Source of the DNA: Luteimonas sp.
GTDB lineage: Bacteria > Pseudomonadota > Gammaproteobacteria > Xanthomonadales > Xanthomonadaceae
Length of the DNA stretch: 40,897 nt
NCBI GenBank assembly: GCA_039914555.1
Contig: JBDSOZ010000170.1
Coordinates: forward strand, 1 to 40,897
Direction: 5' to 3'
The notes beneath the pieces were generated by a model, which saw nothing but the letters and a program-made list of their open reading frames with translations, was not told the origin of the DNA and ran no database searches. Positions 9,171 to 18,830 of the stretch are shown one piece after another. A program made the translations under genes and the position numbers. How positions within the stretch are numbered: position 1 is the first letter of the stretch; each line of letters opens with the position of its first letter.

Positions 9171-10094
9171 ATGGCCTCCAACGGCGACTCCACCCGCGCC
9201 ATCCTGTTCGCGCTAGGCGCCAACTTCGCCATCGCCATTGCCAAGGGCGTGGCGGCGTTCGTCACCCACTCCAGCGCCATGCTGGCCGAGACCGTGCATT
9301 CGCTGGCCGACTGCAGCAACCAGCTCTTGTTGTTGCTGGGGATGCGCCAGGCCCAGCAACCGCCCTCGGATGAGTATCCACTTGGCCAAGGCAAGGCGAT
9401 TTATTTCTGGTCGTTCCTGGTGGCGGTGATGCTGTTCAGCGTCGGCGGCATGTTTTCGCTGTACGAGGGCATCCACAAGCTGCACAACCCGCAGGCACTC
9501 AAGCAGTGGTGGTGGGCGGCGGGGGTATTGGTGTTTGCGATCGTGGCCGAAGGCGTCTCGATGCGCGCCTGCCTGCAGGAAGTGGACAAGGTCCGTGGCG
9601 ACGACAATCTCTGGCGCTGGTTCCGCAATAGCCGCCAGAGTGAGTTGGTGGTGATCTTCGGCGAAGACCTGGCTGCGCTGGTTGGCCTGTGCCTCGCACT
9701 GGTCGCGGTGCTGCTCACCGCGGCAACCGGCAATCCCATCTGGGATGCGCTCGGGACCGTGGCCATCGGGGTGCTGCTGATCGTGGTGGCGGTATTGGTT
9801 GCGATCGAGGTCAAGGCCATGCTGATCGGGCAGGGCATGGATCCGGCGCAGCAGCTGCGGTTGCGTCGATTCCTCGAGGCGCGCCCCGAGATTGACTCGT
9901 TGATCAACCTGATCACCCTGCAACTGGGCAACAAGGTGATGGTGTCGGTGCAGGCGGAGATGCACGAACACGGCGATGCGCGCGCCCTGCTGGCGCAGAT
10001 CACTGCGGTCGAACGTGCGATCAAGGACGAGTTTCCCGAGGTCCTGTGGAGCTTTTTCGAGCCCGAGCTGGGCGACGGCAGCGCGAAGGAATAA
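9171..10094 (+). CDS. Cation diffusion facilitator (CDF) family transporter
   Basis: SSAMLAETVHSLAD and EDLAAL motifs, WDALG helix, about six TM segments and a cytoplasmic C-terminal domain. Confidence 0.88.
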   Translation: MASNGDSTRAILFALGANFAIAIAKGVAAFVTHSSAMLAETVHSLADCSNQLLLLLGMRQAQQPPSDEYPLGQGKAIYFWSFLVAVMLFSVGGMFSLYEGIHKLHNPQALKQWWWAAGVLVFAIVAEGVSMRACLQEVDKVRGDDNLWRWFRNSRQSELVVIFGEDLAALVGLCLALVAVLLTAATGNPIWDALGTVAIGVLLIVVAVLVAIEVKAMLIGQGMDPAQQLRLRRFLEARPEIDSLINLITLQLGNKVMVSVQAEMHEHGDARALLAQITAVERAIKDEFPEVLWSFFEPELGDGSAKE

Positions 10095-10121
10095 ACCTGC
10101 AGGAATAAGCCCTGGTGGTTG

Positions 10122-10976
10122 TTACGAGGCCAACGCACCCAGCCGCGGCGGCGGCGAGCCTTTTTCACCAAGCACGGCGTGCAGCTGGCGTAGCGCCGGC
10201 TGCAGTGTTTCCTGCAATTTCCACGGCGGATTCAGTAACAGCATGCCGCTGCCGTTCATGCGCAGCGGCGAATCGTCGTTGCGCACCAGCAGCTCGGCGA
10301 CCATCGCCGACTTTGCCGGCAGGGTCGCCGCACGCCGGTAGAACGGCTGCAGCGCACGCCGCAACTTGATCGGGTACCACAACGCAAACGTCGCCTGCGG
10401 CCAGCGCCCAAGTCCCTCGCGCAGCGCGGCCAGGGCCAGGTCAAACTCGTCCAGTTGTGCTTCGTAGGGCGGATCCACCAGCACCAATCCGCGCGCATAC
10501 CGCTGGCCGCCCACCACCGGCGGAAGCAGCGCACGGATGGCGTCATAGCCATCGCGCCGGTGCACCGCCACGCGTTCGTCGTCGGCGAAGTTCGCCTTCA
10601 GGGCCGCGGCTTCCTCGGCCTGCAAGTCGCAACAGGCAATCCGGTCGACCGCACGCAATGCATGCGCCAACAGCCACGGCGATCCCGGATAGGCGGTTTC
10701 GCCATGGGCATCACGACATTCGGCGACGGCTTCCAGGTAACGGGTGATGGCAGGGTCGCTGGGAGGCGCCGCCAGCAAGCGCGATATTCCGGTCTCGGCC
10801 TCCCCGGTGCGCTGGGCCGCGTCCGCATCCAGCAGGTACAGGCCGCGCCCGGCATGGGTGTCGAGGGCAAAGATCGGGGCCGGTTTGCGCAAGAGCGCGT
10901 CGCACAGCGCCAGCAGCACGACGTGCTTGAGCACATCGGCGGGGTTGCCGGCATGGAAGGCGTGGCGGTAGTTCAT
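10122..10976 (-). CDS. rlmJ: 23S rRNA (adenine2030-N6)-methyltransferase
   Basis: MNYRHAFHAGNPADVLKH, DTHAGRG, YPGSP, DPPYE and WYPIK motifs. Confidence 0.95.
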   Translation of the reverse strand: MNYRHAFHAGNPADVLKHVVLLALCDALLRKPAPIFALDTHAGRGLYLLDADAAQRTGEAETGISRLLAAPPSDPAITRYLEAVAECRDAHGETAYPGSPWLLAHALRAVDRIACCDLQAEEAAALKANFADDERVAVHRRDGYDAIRALLPPVVGGQRYARGLVLVDPPYEAQLDEFDLALAALREGLGRWPQATFALWYPIKLRRALQPFYRRAATLPAKSAMVAELLVRNDDSPLRMNGSGMLLLNPPWKLQETLQPALRQLHAVLGEKGSPPPRLGALAS

Positions 10977-11075
10977 GGCGCCAGTCTAACGGCCCGGACC
11001 ATGACTGAAGTCCCGGGTGCAATCGATTCCAGCCGCTTAGACTTCGGGGACTACGTAGTCCTGGGGGACGAAACC

Positions 11076-12683
11076 TTGAAGCGATATCTTTTAGCCACGG
11101 CCCTGGCCGTGACCATGGTCGGCGCCGCATCGGCGCAGTCAATGCAGCCGGTCGAGCGGGTGGACCTGGACATGACCAGCCGCATCCGCCAGGAAGCGTT
11201 CCGCAACTCGCAAGTGATGAAGACCTTGGGCGAACTGACCGAGGACGTCGGCCCGCGCCTGACCGGCTCGGCCGGCATGGACAAAGCCAACGTGTGGGCC
11301 CGGGCCAAGCTTTCCAGCTGGGGCATGGCCAACGTCCATGACGAAGCCTTCGAGAAGTTCGGCCGCGGCTGGGAATTCGGCCACTCACGGGTTGAAATGT
11401 TGGCGCCACGGGCAACCCCGCTTTACGCCTTGCCCAAGGCGTGGACGCCCGGCACCAATGGTCCGGTCGAGGGCGATGCCATTGCCGTCAGCATCAAGAC
11501 CCGCGGCGACCTGGAAAAGAACAAAGGCAAGTTGCGCGGCAAGATCGTGTTCCTGAGCGACGCCCGCGAGTACAAGCCCGGGGTCGATCCCGATTTCCGC
11601 CGCCTGGATGCCGACGGCCTGGCCAAGCTGCACGATTTCGACATCCCGGCCGATCGCAGCGGCGACAACGGCGACCGCCTCAAGCGCTTCAAGGAGCGGA
11701 TGGAACTGGTGCCCGCCATCAACCGGTTCATGGTGGATGAAGGCGTGCTGGCCGCGGTGAGCATCAGCAACCGCGACAACGGCATCATTGGTGTCAGCGG
11801 TGGCGGTTCGCGCAAGGCCGGTGAACCGGTGGGCGTGCCCGAGGTTGCGATGATCGCCGAGCAGTACAACCAGATCATGCGCGAATTGAAGGACGACAAG
11901 ACCGTCCGCCTGCGCGTCGATGTTGACTCGCGTTTCACCACCGACGACGACCGCGACGGATACAACACCATCGCCGAGATTCCCGGCACCGGCCCCAAGG
12001 CATCCGAGGTCGTGATGTTGGGCGCGCACATGGATTACTGGCACGCCGCCACCGGCGCCTCGGACAATGGTGCGGGCGTTGCGGTGATGATGGAGGCGAT
12101 GCGAATCCTGAAGGCGGTCGGCGCGCGCCCCAATCGCACCATCCGGATCGCGTTGTGGAGCGGCGAGGAGCAGGGCCTGATCGGTTCAGCCGCCTATGTC
12201 GCCAAGCACTTTGCCGCGTATCCCGAACCCAAGGACCCCGAAGAAGCCAAGCTGCCGGCATTTTTCCGCGAAAGCCGCGGTGAACTGCAGCGCAAGCCTG
12301 GCTACGATCGTCTGTCGGCCTACTTCAACCTCGACAACGGCTCTGGCAAGATCCGCGGCGTGTACGCCCAGGAAAACCTGGCGGCGATGCCGATCTTCGC
12401 CTCGTGGATCAAGCCCTTCAATGATGTGGGTGCCACGGACGTGGTTTCGGGCAATACCGGCTCGACCGACCACATCTCCTTCGACCAGGTCGGATTACCT
12501 GGCTTCCAGTTCGTGCAGGATGGCCTGGATTACTTCAGCAACGTCCACCACACCAACCTGGATACCTACGACCATGCTTCGGCGGCAGACCTGAAGCAGG
12601 CGGCAGCGGTCGTCGCCAGCGTCGTCTACAGCGCGGCCATGCGCGAGCGGCCGTTCCCGCGCAAGGTGATGGCCAAGGATTGA
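11076..12683 (+). CDS. Secreted M28 family metallopeptidase (carboxypeptidase Q / aminopeptidase-like)
   Basis: Start moved to TTG 11076 after GGGGGA, giving signal peptide MKRYLLATALAVTMVGAASA. GPRLTGS motif and zinc-ligand motifs GAHMD, ASDNGAG, SGEEQG, NLD, STDH and HHT. Confidence 0.88.
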   Translation: MKRYLLATALAVTMVGAASAQSMQPVERVDLDMTSRIRQEAFRNSQVMKTLGELTEDVGPRLTGSAGMDKANVWARAKLSSWGMANVHDEAFEKFGRGWEFGHSRVEMLAPRATPLYALPKAWTPGTNGPVEGDAIAVSIKTRGDLEKNKGKLRGKIVFLSDAREYKPGVDPDFRRLDADGLAKLHDFDIPADRSGDNGDRLKRFKERMELVPAINRFMVDEGVLAAVSISNRDNGIIGVSGGGSRKAGEPVGVPEVAMIAEQYNQIMRELKDDKTVRLRVDVDSRFTTDDDRDGYNTIAEIPGTGPKASEVVMLGAHMDYWHAATGASDNGAGVAVMMEAMRILKAVGARPNRTIRIALWSGEEQGLIGSAAYVAKHFAAYPEPKDPEEAKLPAFFRESRGELQRKPGYDRLSAYFNLDNGSGKIRGVYAQENLAAMPIFASWIKPFNDVGATDVVSGNTGSTDHISFDQVGLPGFQFVQDGLDYFSNVHHTNLDTYDHASAADLKQAAAVVASVVYSAAMRERPFPRKVMAKD

Positions 12684-12696
12684 CCGGGCCCGCTGG

Positions 12697-14238
12697 TTAG
12701 CGACTGTCCAGTCGCAGGCCGATGTCCAGCGCGGCAAACGCCGCTGGTTCATCGGCCAGGTCCGCCTGCAGCAACGGCCTGGCGTCGAGCCACCGTTGCG
12801 GCAGGCTCAAGGCCAGGTTGCCGGCGTCGGCGTGCAAGTGCAGGTCGGGCAGGGTTTCCGGTTCATGCGAACGGTGCAGCAGCACCGCCAGCCGCAATAA
12901 CGCCGCAAGGTGCCGGGTCGTGGGCAACAACCGGTCGGGGATCAACTCGAACGCCGCGCCTGGCACTTTGCGCCGATGGCTGCGCACCAGGGCGGCCAGC
13001 ATCCGCTGCTCGGGAATGGAAAATCCGGAAATGTCGGAGTGTTGCAGGATGTAGGCACCGTGCACCTGGTACTGGCTATGCGCGATCGCCAGCCCGAGTT
13101 CGTGCAGGCGTGCCGCACGCGCAAGCATTTTCCGGTCGTCCGCATCCAGTGCCCAATCACGGCTGACCCGGTCGAATAGCTGCAAGGCGGTGGCCGCAAC
13201 GCGTTCGGCCTGCAGCGCATCGATTCCATATCGCTGCATCAACGCCAGCACCGAAACGTCACGGGGATCGTCGGCGCCACCGCGCCCCAGCATGTCGTGC
13301 AATACGCCTTCGCGCAGCGCCGCCTTGCTCACCCCCATGTGCTCCAGCGCCAGGGTTTCGAAGGCAGCTTCCAATACCAGCAGCCCACCGGCGATGATCG
13401 GCCGGCGTTCTTCGGACAAGCCTGGCAGGTCGATGTCCTCGATCCGGCTGGCCGCCAGCAGGCGTTCGCGCACCTGTGGCAAAGCCTGCACCGTGACGGC
13501 GCCCTTGGTCAGCTTCAATTCCGCGCAGATCTCGCCGATCGCCTTGATCGTGCCCGAGGCGCCGATGGTTTCCTGCCAGCCCAACTGGCGATAAATCCCG
13601 GCAAATTGCTGGAATTGCGCGGCAACCTCGATCCGCGCCGCGTGCCAGGATGCGTGCGACAACTTGCCGTCGCCGAAGAAGCGCGCGGTGGTGGCGACGC
13701 AGCCCAACTGCAGGCTTTCGCGCTCGATCGGATCCAGCCCGCTGCCAATGATGCATTCGGTGGAACCACCACCGATGTCGATCACCATGCGCCGTTGCCC
13801 GGGCTTGGGCAATTGCGCATGGGCCACGCCCAGGTAGATCAGGCGTGCCTCTTCGCGGCCGGAGATGACTTCAATCGGGTGCCCGAGAGCGGTCTCGGCC
13901 GGGACCAGGAATAGTTGCGGCGCGGCGAGTTTGCGCACGGTATTGGTGGCGACCGCACGCACCCGCTGCGACGGGATGTCGCGCAGGCGCTGCCCGAAAC
14001 GCAGCAGGCAATCCAGTGCGCGCTGGCGCACGTCGGCGCGCAGGCCGCCATTTTCGTCCAGGCCTTCGGCCAGGCGCACCATTTCCCGGAGCCGGTCGAC
14101 CGTGCGCAGTTGTCCCAGCACATAGCGCGACACCACCATGTGGAAGCTGTTGGAGCCCAGGTCGATCGCGGCGAGCAGGTCGCCGTCCTGCAGCGGCAAT
14201 GCCGCCGAGCGCAGGCGCATGTGCGGGGTGTCGTTCAT
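12697..14238 (-). CDS. ppx: Exopolyphosphatase (Ppx/GppA)
   Basis: AAIDLGSNSFHM, ISGREEARLIY, DIGGGSTE, ALREG and HD-like LHELG. ATG 14238 overlaps the ppk1 stop. Confidence 0.93.
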   Translation of the reverse strand: MNDTPHMRLRSAALPLQDGDLLAAIDLGSNSFHMVVSRYVLGQLRTVDRLREMVRLAEGLDENGGLRADVRQRALDCLLRFGQRLRDIPSQRVRAVATNTVRKLAAPQLFLVPAETALGHPIEVISGREEARLIYLGVAHAQLPKPGQRRMVIDIGGGSTECIIGSGLDPIERESLQLGCVATTARFFGDGKLSHASWHAARIEVAAQFQQFAGIYRQLGWQETIGASGTIKAIGEICAELKLTKGAVTVQALPQVRERLLAASRIEDIDLPGLSEERRPIIAGGLLVLEAAFETLALEHMGVSKAALREGVLHDMLGRGGADDPRDVSVLALMQRYGIDALQAERVAATALQLFDRVSRDWALDADDRKMLARAARLHELGLAIAHSQYQVHGAYILQHSDISGFSIPEQRMLAALVRSHRRKVPGAAFELIPDRLLPTTRHLAALLRLAVLLHRSHEPETLPDLHLHADAGNLALSLPQRWLDARPLLQADLADEPAAFAALDIGLRLDSR

Positions 14239-16325
14239 GCCTGGCAAATCCGTCGCAGCAGCACGGCCTGGGCTTCGTGCGGGGTTTCGCCTGGGGTTGG
14301 GTGGAGCTTGCGATAGCTGCCGTCGGCCTGCAGCTCCCAGGCATTGAGGTTGTCGGCCAGGTAGTTGTCGAGTGCCTCGTCTTTTGCCCGCGCCGCGAGC
14401 GCCGGATCCAGGATCGGGAAACAGGTTTCCACCCGGCGCAGCAGGTTGCGCTCGAGCCAGTCGGCGCTGGCGCAGAACAGTTCCGGCTCGCCATCATTGC
14501 CGAACCAGTAGGCGCGGCTGTGCTCGAGGAAGCGGCCAACGATCGAACGCACCCGGATGTTGTCCGACACCCCCGGCATGCCCGGACGCAGGGTGCACGC
14601 ACCGCGCACCACCAGGTCGATCGAGACGCCTGCTTGCGACGCGCCATACAGCGCGCGCACCACCTGCGCTTCATTGAGTGCATTCATCCGGGCGATGATC
14701 CGCCCGGCCTTGCCAGCACGGGCGTGCCTGGTTTCGCGTTCGATCCGGGCCAGCACCCCTGCGTGCAGGGTGAACGGCGACTGCAACAAGCGTTGCAGGT
14801 TTGCCGCTGGAGCGGTGCCGGAGAGCTGCTGGAAGATCTGGTGGACGTCGGACCCGATCTGTTCGTTGGCGGTGATCAATCCAAGGTCGGTGTACAGGCG
14901 CGCCGTGCCCGCGTGGTAGTTGCCGGTGCCAAGATGCACGTAGCGGCGCAACTTGCCGTCTTCACGACGCACCACCAGCAGCATCTTGGCGTGGGTTTTG
15001 TACCCGACCACGCCGTACACGACCTGCACCCCCGCATCCTGCAGTCGGTCGGCAAAGCCCAGGTTGGCTTCCTCGTCAAAGCGCGCGCGCAGTTCCACAA
15101 CGGCGGTCACGTCCTTGCCGTTGCGCGCTGCCTGTACCAGCGCTTCCACGATCGCGGAGTCCTTGCCGGTGCGATACAGGGTCTGCTTGATCGCGAGCAC
15201 GTTCGGGTCGATGGCGGCTTGCCGGACCAGCTCAAGGACCGGGCTGAACGCATCGTAGGGATGGTGCAGCAGCACATCGCCCTGTTGCACGCGTTCGAAC
15301 ATGCTGTCGCTGCCCGGCAACTGGCGTGGCTGGAACGCCGGGTATTTCAGGTCCGGGCGCTGGACCAGGTCGTAGACCTGGATCACGCGGTTGAGGTTGA
15401 CCGCGCCGTCGATCCGGTAAACGGCTTCCTCGTGCAGGTCAAAGTTCTCCAGCAACGTGTGCACGATGGACTCGGGGCAGTCGCGGGCAATCTCCAGTCG
15501 CATTGCGCGCAGGTAGCCGCGTCCCACCAGCTCGTCGCGAAGTGCCAGCGCCAGGTTCTCGACCTCTGCCTCATCGACGACCAGTTCGGAATTGCGGGTG
15601 ACCCGGAACTGGTAGGCGCCCTTGACCTGCATGCCCGGGAACAACTCGCTGACGAACGTCGACAACACGGCCGACAGGAACACGAAGTCATTTTCGCCCC
15701 CTGAAACGTCGGCGGGCAGCTGGATGATGCGCGACAGCGAACGGGGCGCACGCACGATCGCCAGGTGGCCGGCACGCCCGAACGCATCCTTGCCCTCGAG
15801 CACCACCACGATATTGAGCGACTTGTTGAGGATCTTCGGGAACGGGTGTGCGGGATCCAGGCCGAGTGGCGACAGCACCGGCAGGATTTCCTCGCGGAAG
15901 TAGTTCCGCAACCAGTTTGACTGGGCCGCGGTCCACGTGTCGCGAGCCAGGATCCGCACGCCGGCTGCGGACAGTGCTGGCCGCAAGAGGGCGCTCCAGC
16001 ATCGATACTGCGCTTCCACCAATACTGCGGCCCGTTCGTGGATCAGCCTGAGTACCGTGGCTGGTGCCAGCCCGTCGGGTGGCAACGGCAGCGCGAAGTC
16101 CTGCGCATGGCGAACGGTCGCGGCCCGGATCTCGAAGAACTCGTCAAGGTTGGTGCAGGAGATGCACAGGAAACGCAGCCGTTCCAGCAGCGGGACCAGT
16201 GGGTCCTGGGCCTGCGCCAGCACCCGGAAGTTGAAATCGAGTTGCGACAGCTCACGATTGGCATACAGCGCCGGATCACACAATGGATCGTCTCGGGTGG
16301 TCGATGCACCAGGTCCCCGGTTCAT
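14235..16325 (-). CDS. ppk1: Polyphosphate kinase 1
   Basis: NRELSQLDFNFRVL, HPFP, LHHPYDAF, ELRARFDEEAN, KTHAKM, GTGNY and GRFLEHSR. Start set at ATG 16325 (ATGA overlap with phoR); ATG 16337 is the alternative. Confidence 0.95.
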   Translation of the reverse strand: MNRGPGASTTRDDPLCDPALYANRELSQLDFNFRVLAQAQDPLVPLLERLRFLCISCTNLDEFFEIRAATVRHAQDFALPLPPDGLAPATVLRLIHERAAVLVEAQYRCWSALLRPALSAAGVRILARDTWTAAQSNWLRNYFREEILPVLSPLGLDPAHPFPKILNKSLNIVVVLEGKDAFGRAGHLAIVRAPRSLSRIIQLPADVSGGENDFVFLSAVLSTFVSELFPGMQVKGAYQFRVTRNSELVVDEAEVENLALALRDELVGRGYLRAMRLEIARDCPESIVHTLLENFDLHEEAVYRIDGAVNLNRVIQVYDLVQRPDLKYPAFQPRQLPGSDSMFERVQQGDVLLHHPYDAFSPVLELVRQAAIDPNVLAIKQTLYRTGKDSAIVEALVQAARNGKDVTAVVELRARFDEEANLGFADRLQDAGVQVVYGVVGYKTHAKMLLVVRREDGKLRRYVHLGTGNYHAGTARLYTDLGLITANEQIGSDVHQIFQQLSGTAPAANLQRLLQSPFTLHAGVLARIERETRHARAGKAGRIIARMNALNEAQVVRALYGASQAGVSIDLVVRGACTLRPGMPGVSDNIRVRSIVGRFLEHSRAYWFGNDGEPELFCASADWLERNLLRRVETCFPILDPALAARAKDEALDNYLADNLNAWELQADGSYRKLHPTPGETPHEAQAVLLRRICQA

Positions 16326-17662
16326 GCGCCGTCCCATTCGCCGCGACCGCGCGCAAGCACGCGCGCCGGCCCGAACACACAGGAGAACCTGCTGCCGCGA
16401 CCAACTTCACTCTCGATCTCCAGGCGCGCGTCGTGCAGGCCTAGCACATGCTTGACGATCGCCAGGCCCAACCCCGTGCCACCGGTTTCGCGCGAGCGAC
16501 TGGTGGATATCCGGTAGAAGCGTTCGGTCAATCGCGGCAGGTGCGTGGCCGGAATGCCGAGGCCGCTGTCACTGACCTGCAACATCGCGCCACCGTTGTC
16601 GCAGCGCCCGAATCGTACTGCGATCGTGCCCCCGGCTGGCGTGTAGCGCACGGCGTTGCTCACCAGGTTGGAGAATGCGCTGTGCAGTTCCCGGGTTGAT
16701 CCAAGCAGGTCGACGGCGGCCGTGTCCTCGACGGTGATGGTGTGGGCGCCCTGGCCAAGCGCCTCGGCTTCGCGCCGCAGCGATGCCAGCATCGAGGCCA
16801 TCGACACCGGTTCTACCTCCAACTCGTCGCGCGCTTCCAGTCGCGACAACGCAAGCAGGTCTTCCACCAGTTGGGTCATGCGTTGCGATTGCCGGCGCAT
16901 CTCCGCCAACATCGCCGACCACTCGCTCGGGTCGATGCTGTCCAGCGTGCTGGCGTCCAGCATTTCGAGATAACCATGGACCACGGTCAGCGGTGTGCGC
17001 AATTCGTGCGAAACATTGGCGACGAAATCGCGACGCATCTGCTCGAGCCGGGTGATGCGGCTGACGTCTCGCACGATCAGCAGCCACAGGTCTTCGGAAT
17101 AAGGAACCAGGCGCAGGCTCAAGCGAACGTCGGGATCCAGCGGCGAGGGAATATCGCTGAGCGGCTCGGCCATCCGCCCCGCGGACAGCCAGTGCGCGAT
17201 CGGCAATGGTTGCAGGCGTTCGCCCAGCGGTGCCTCGATGTCGCCAGGATAATGCAGGCCCAGCAGGCGGGTGGCGGCGGCGTTGAACCAGGCGATGCGT
17301 TGGCTGTCGCGCTCGGCGACGATCACCGCATCAGGAAGGGCGTCGGCGAGCGCGCGATAGGCGCGCAACAGGCCGACCAGGCGCCGCCGTTGCGCGCGGA
17401 CGTCCTGTTGGGTGCGATGCAACAGGTGATCAACCGCGTTCCAGGCACCACCGGACTTGGCCGCGACCAGGTGTTTTCGGCCTTCGATCCGCAGCAGCAG
17501 CGCGTGCAGCTTCCACGCCTGCCACGCCAGCACTGTGATCGCGGCCAAGGCCAGTGCCGGCCATGGCCGGCCAAGCAGCAGCCCCAGCACGAGCGCGGCT
17601 GCGAGCAGCAACGCGATCCGCGCAAGTGTCCGGTACCAGGCCGTGCGGGTGGAGGGCGACAT
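16322..17662 (-). CDS. phoR: Phosphate regulon sensor histidine kinase
   Basis: N-terminal TM segments, PAS region, H-box DFVANVSHELRTPL, N-box NLVSNAVRY and G-box GGTGLGLAIVKH; lies downstream of phoB. Confidence 0.95.
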   Translation of the reverse strand: MSPSTRTAWYRTLARIALLLAAALVLGLLLGRPWPALALAAITVLAWQAWKLHALLLRIEGRKHLVAAKSGGAWNAVDHLLHRTQQDVRAQRRRLVGLLRAYRALADALPDAVIVAERDSQRIAWFNAAATRLLGLHYPGDIEAPLGERLQPLPIAHWLSAGRMAEPLSDIPSPLDPDVRLSLRLVPYSEDLWLLIVRDVSRITRLEQMRRDFVANVSHELRTPLTVVHGYLEMLDASTLDSIDPSEWSAMLAEMRRQSQRMTQLVEDLLALSRLEARDELEVEPVSMASMLASLRREAEALGQGAHTITVEDTAAVDLLGSTRELHSAFSNLVSNAVRYTPAGGTIAVRFGRCDNGGAMLQVSDSGLGIPATHLPRLTERFYRISTSRSRETGGTGLGLAIVKHVLGLHDARLEIESEVGRGSRFSCVFGPARVLARGRGEWDGA

Positions 17663-17677
17663 GCCCGGATTGTCGCA

Positions 17678-18379
17678 TCACCCCGTGGTGGAAAACCGGT
17701 ATCCGGCACCGCGAACGGTCTGCACCATTCCGTCGAGGCCGACCGGTTCCAGGGTCTTGCGCAGGCGCCGGATATGCACGTCGACGGTGCGTTCCTCGAC
17801 GTAAACGCTGCCGCCCCAGACTTGGTCCAGCAAGTGGGGGCGGGTATAAACGCGCTCGGAATGGGTCATGAAGAAATGCAGCAGGCGATACTCGGTGGGC
17901 CCGATCGGCACCGGTTCCTCACCGCGTGCACTGCGCGCGTAGACCCGATGTGCGGCGCCGTCGATCCGCAAGTCACCGGCGACGACCCCGCCGTGTTCGT
18001 CGCCAGAACCCGCGCGACGCATGACCGCACGGATCCGCGCCAACAATTCGCGGGTGGAAAACGGTTTGACCACGTAGTCATCGACGCCGGCCTCGAGTCC
18101 GCCGACGCGATCGTTCTCTTCGCCGCGTGCGGTCAGCATGATCACCGGGACCTCGCGGGTCAGGGCATCCTTGCGCCAACGCCGGGCCAACTCGAGGCCG
18201 CTGGTGCCCGGCAGCATCCAGTCGAGCAGGATCAGGTCGGGAATGCGCTCGGCAATTGCAAGCTGGGCCTCGCGGGCGTCGCCGGCCTGGACCGGCGTGA
18301 AGTCGCCCTTGCGCAACGCAAACGCGACCATCTCGCGGATCGCCGGCTCGTCATCGACGATGAGGATGCGTTTTTGCAT
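17678..18379 (-). CDS. phoB: Phosphate regulon response regulator
   Basis: Start moved to ATG 18379 ([11 protein letters not shown]). [19 protein letters not shown] and winged-helix [13 protein letters not shown]. Confidence 0.95.
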   Translation of the reverse strand: MQKRILIVDDEPAIREMVAFALRKGDFTPVQAGDAREAQLAIAERIPDLILLDWMLPGTSGLELARRWRKDALTREVPVIMLTARGEENDRVGGLEAGVDDYVVKPFSTRELLARIRAVMRRAGSGDEHGGVVAGDLRIDGAAHRVYARSARGEEPVPIGPTEYRLLHFFMTHSERVYTRPHLLDQVWGGSVYVEERTVDVHIRRLRKTLEPVGLDGMVQTVRGAGYRFSTTG

Positions 18380-18406
18380 GTGGACCGCGGCAGTTTCGAC
18401 CCCCGC

Positions 18407-18440
18407 ATTAAACGATATTTCCGTGACCGTCCGGTGACAC
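18407..18440 (-). promoter_or_regulatory. Pho box and -10 element of the phoB promoter (autoregulation)
   Basis: The minus strand reads GTGTCACCGGACGGTCACGG: two GTCAC units 11 bp apart, matching the CTGTCAT direct-repeat Pho box. A TTTAAT -10 follows 10 bp downstream. Confidence 0.7.
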
Positions 18441-18451
18441 CCTCCCACCCC

Positions 18452-18513
18452 GTAGGAGCGCACCACGCGCGACCCCTAACCCCACCCCCGTAGGAGCGCG
18501 CCTTGCGCGCGAT
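18452..18513 (+). repeat. Two tandem GTAG-family REP palindromes
   Basis: GTAGGAGCGCACCACGCGCGAC (18452-18473) and GTAGGAGCGCGCCTTGCGCGCGAT (18490-18513). Both share the GTAGGAGCG head of the REP doublet at 37781. Confidence 0.75.
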
Positions 18514-18563
18514 AGCTCTTGGCTTTTCGTGCCAACAGCCAACGGTCACTTCCTACGTGGTGG

Positions 18564-18679
18564 GCCGCCGCGAGTGCGGGGGCATCAGTCGGGGGACGCC
18601 GTGAATACGTCCCTGTAGGCTTTTTGGCGACATCCATGTCGCCAGAACCCCCGGCTGATACCCCCGCGCTCACGACGGC
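18564..18679. repeat. 116-bp palindromic (MITE-like) element with 32-bp inverted arms and internal hairpins
   Basis: Arms 18564-18595 and 18648-18679 are reverse complements at 27 of 32 positions. Inner hairpin TGGCGACAT-CC-ATGTCGCCA at 18625-18644. Confidence 0.75.
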
Positions 18680-18830
18680 TATCGCCTATGGGTATCGCGG
18701 CTTCTTGAAGCAGAAGACAGCAACTTCACGATCGCTTGGCGGCGCGCAGCGGGGCCATGGTCCCCGATGCGCGGCGCCCCGGCCGAAGATGCGGCTCTCG
18801 GCGAGTAGTTCCGAGCTTTTGGCGAGCGCC

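Noticed and set aside
10455-11075. N-terminal 207-aa extension of the M28 ORF in the track
   Set aside because: It is antisense to rlmJ. A TTG start with an SD and a signal peptide at 11076 explains the real gene.
14016-18493. Long plus-strand ORFs 14016-15704 and 16742-18493
   Set aside because: Shadow frames of ppk1, phoR and phoB with no protein signatures.
18452-18560. GTAGGAGCG repeats as a possible CRISPR array
   Set aside because: Only two non-identical units with a short C-rich spacer and no cas genes; they fit GTAG REPs.
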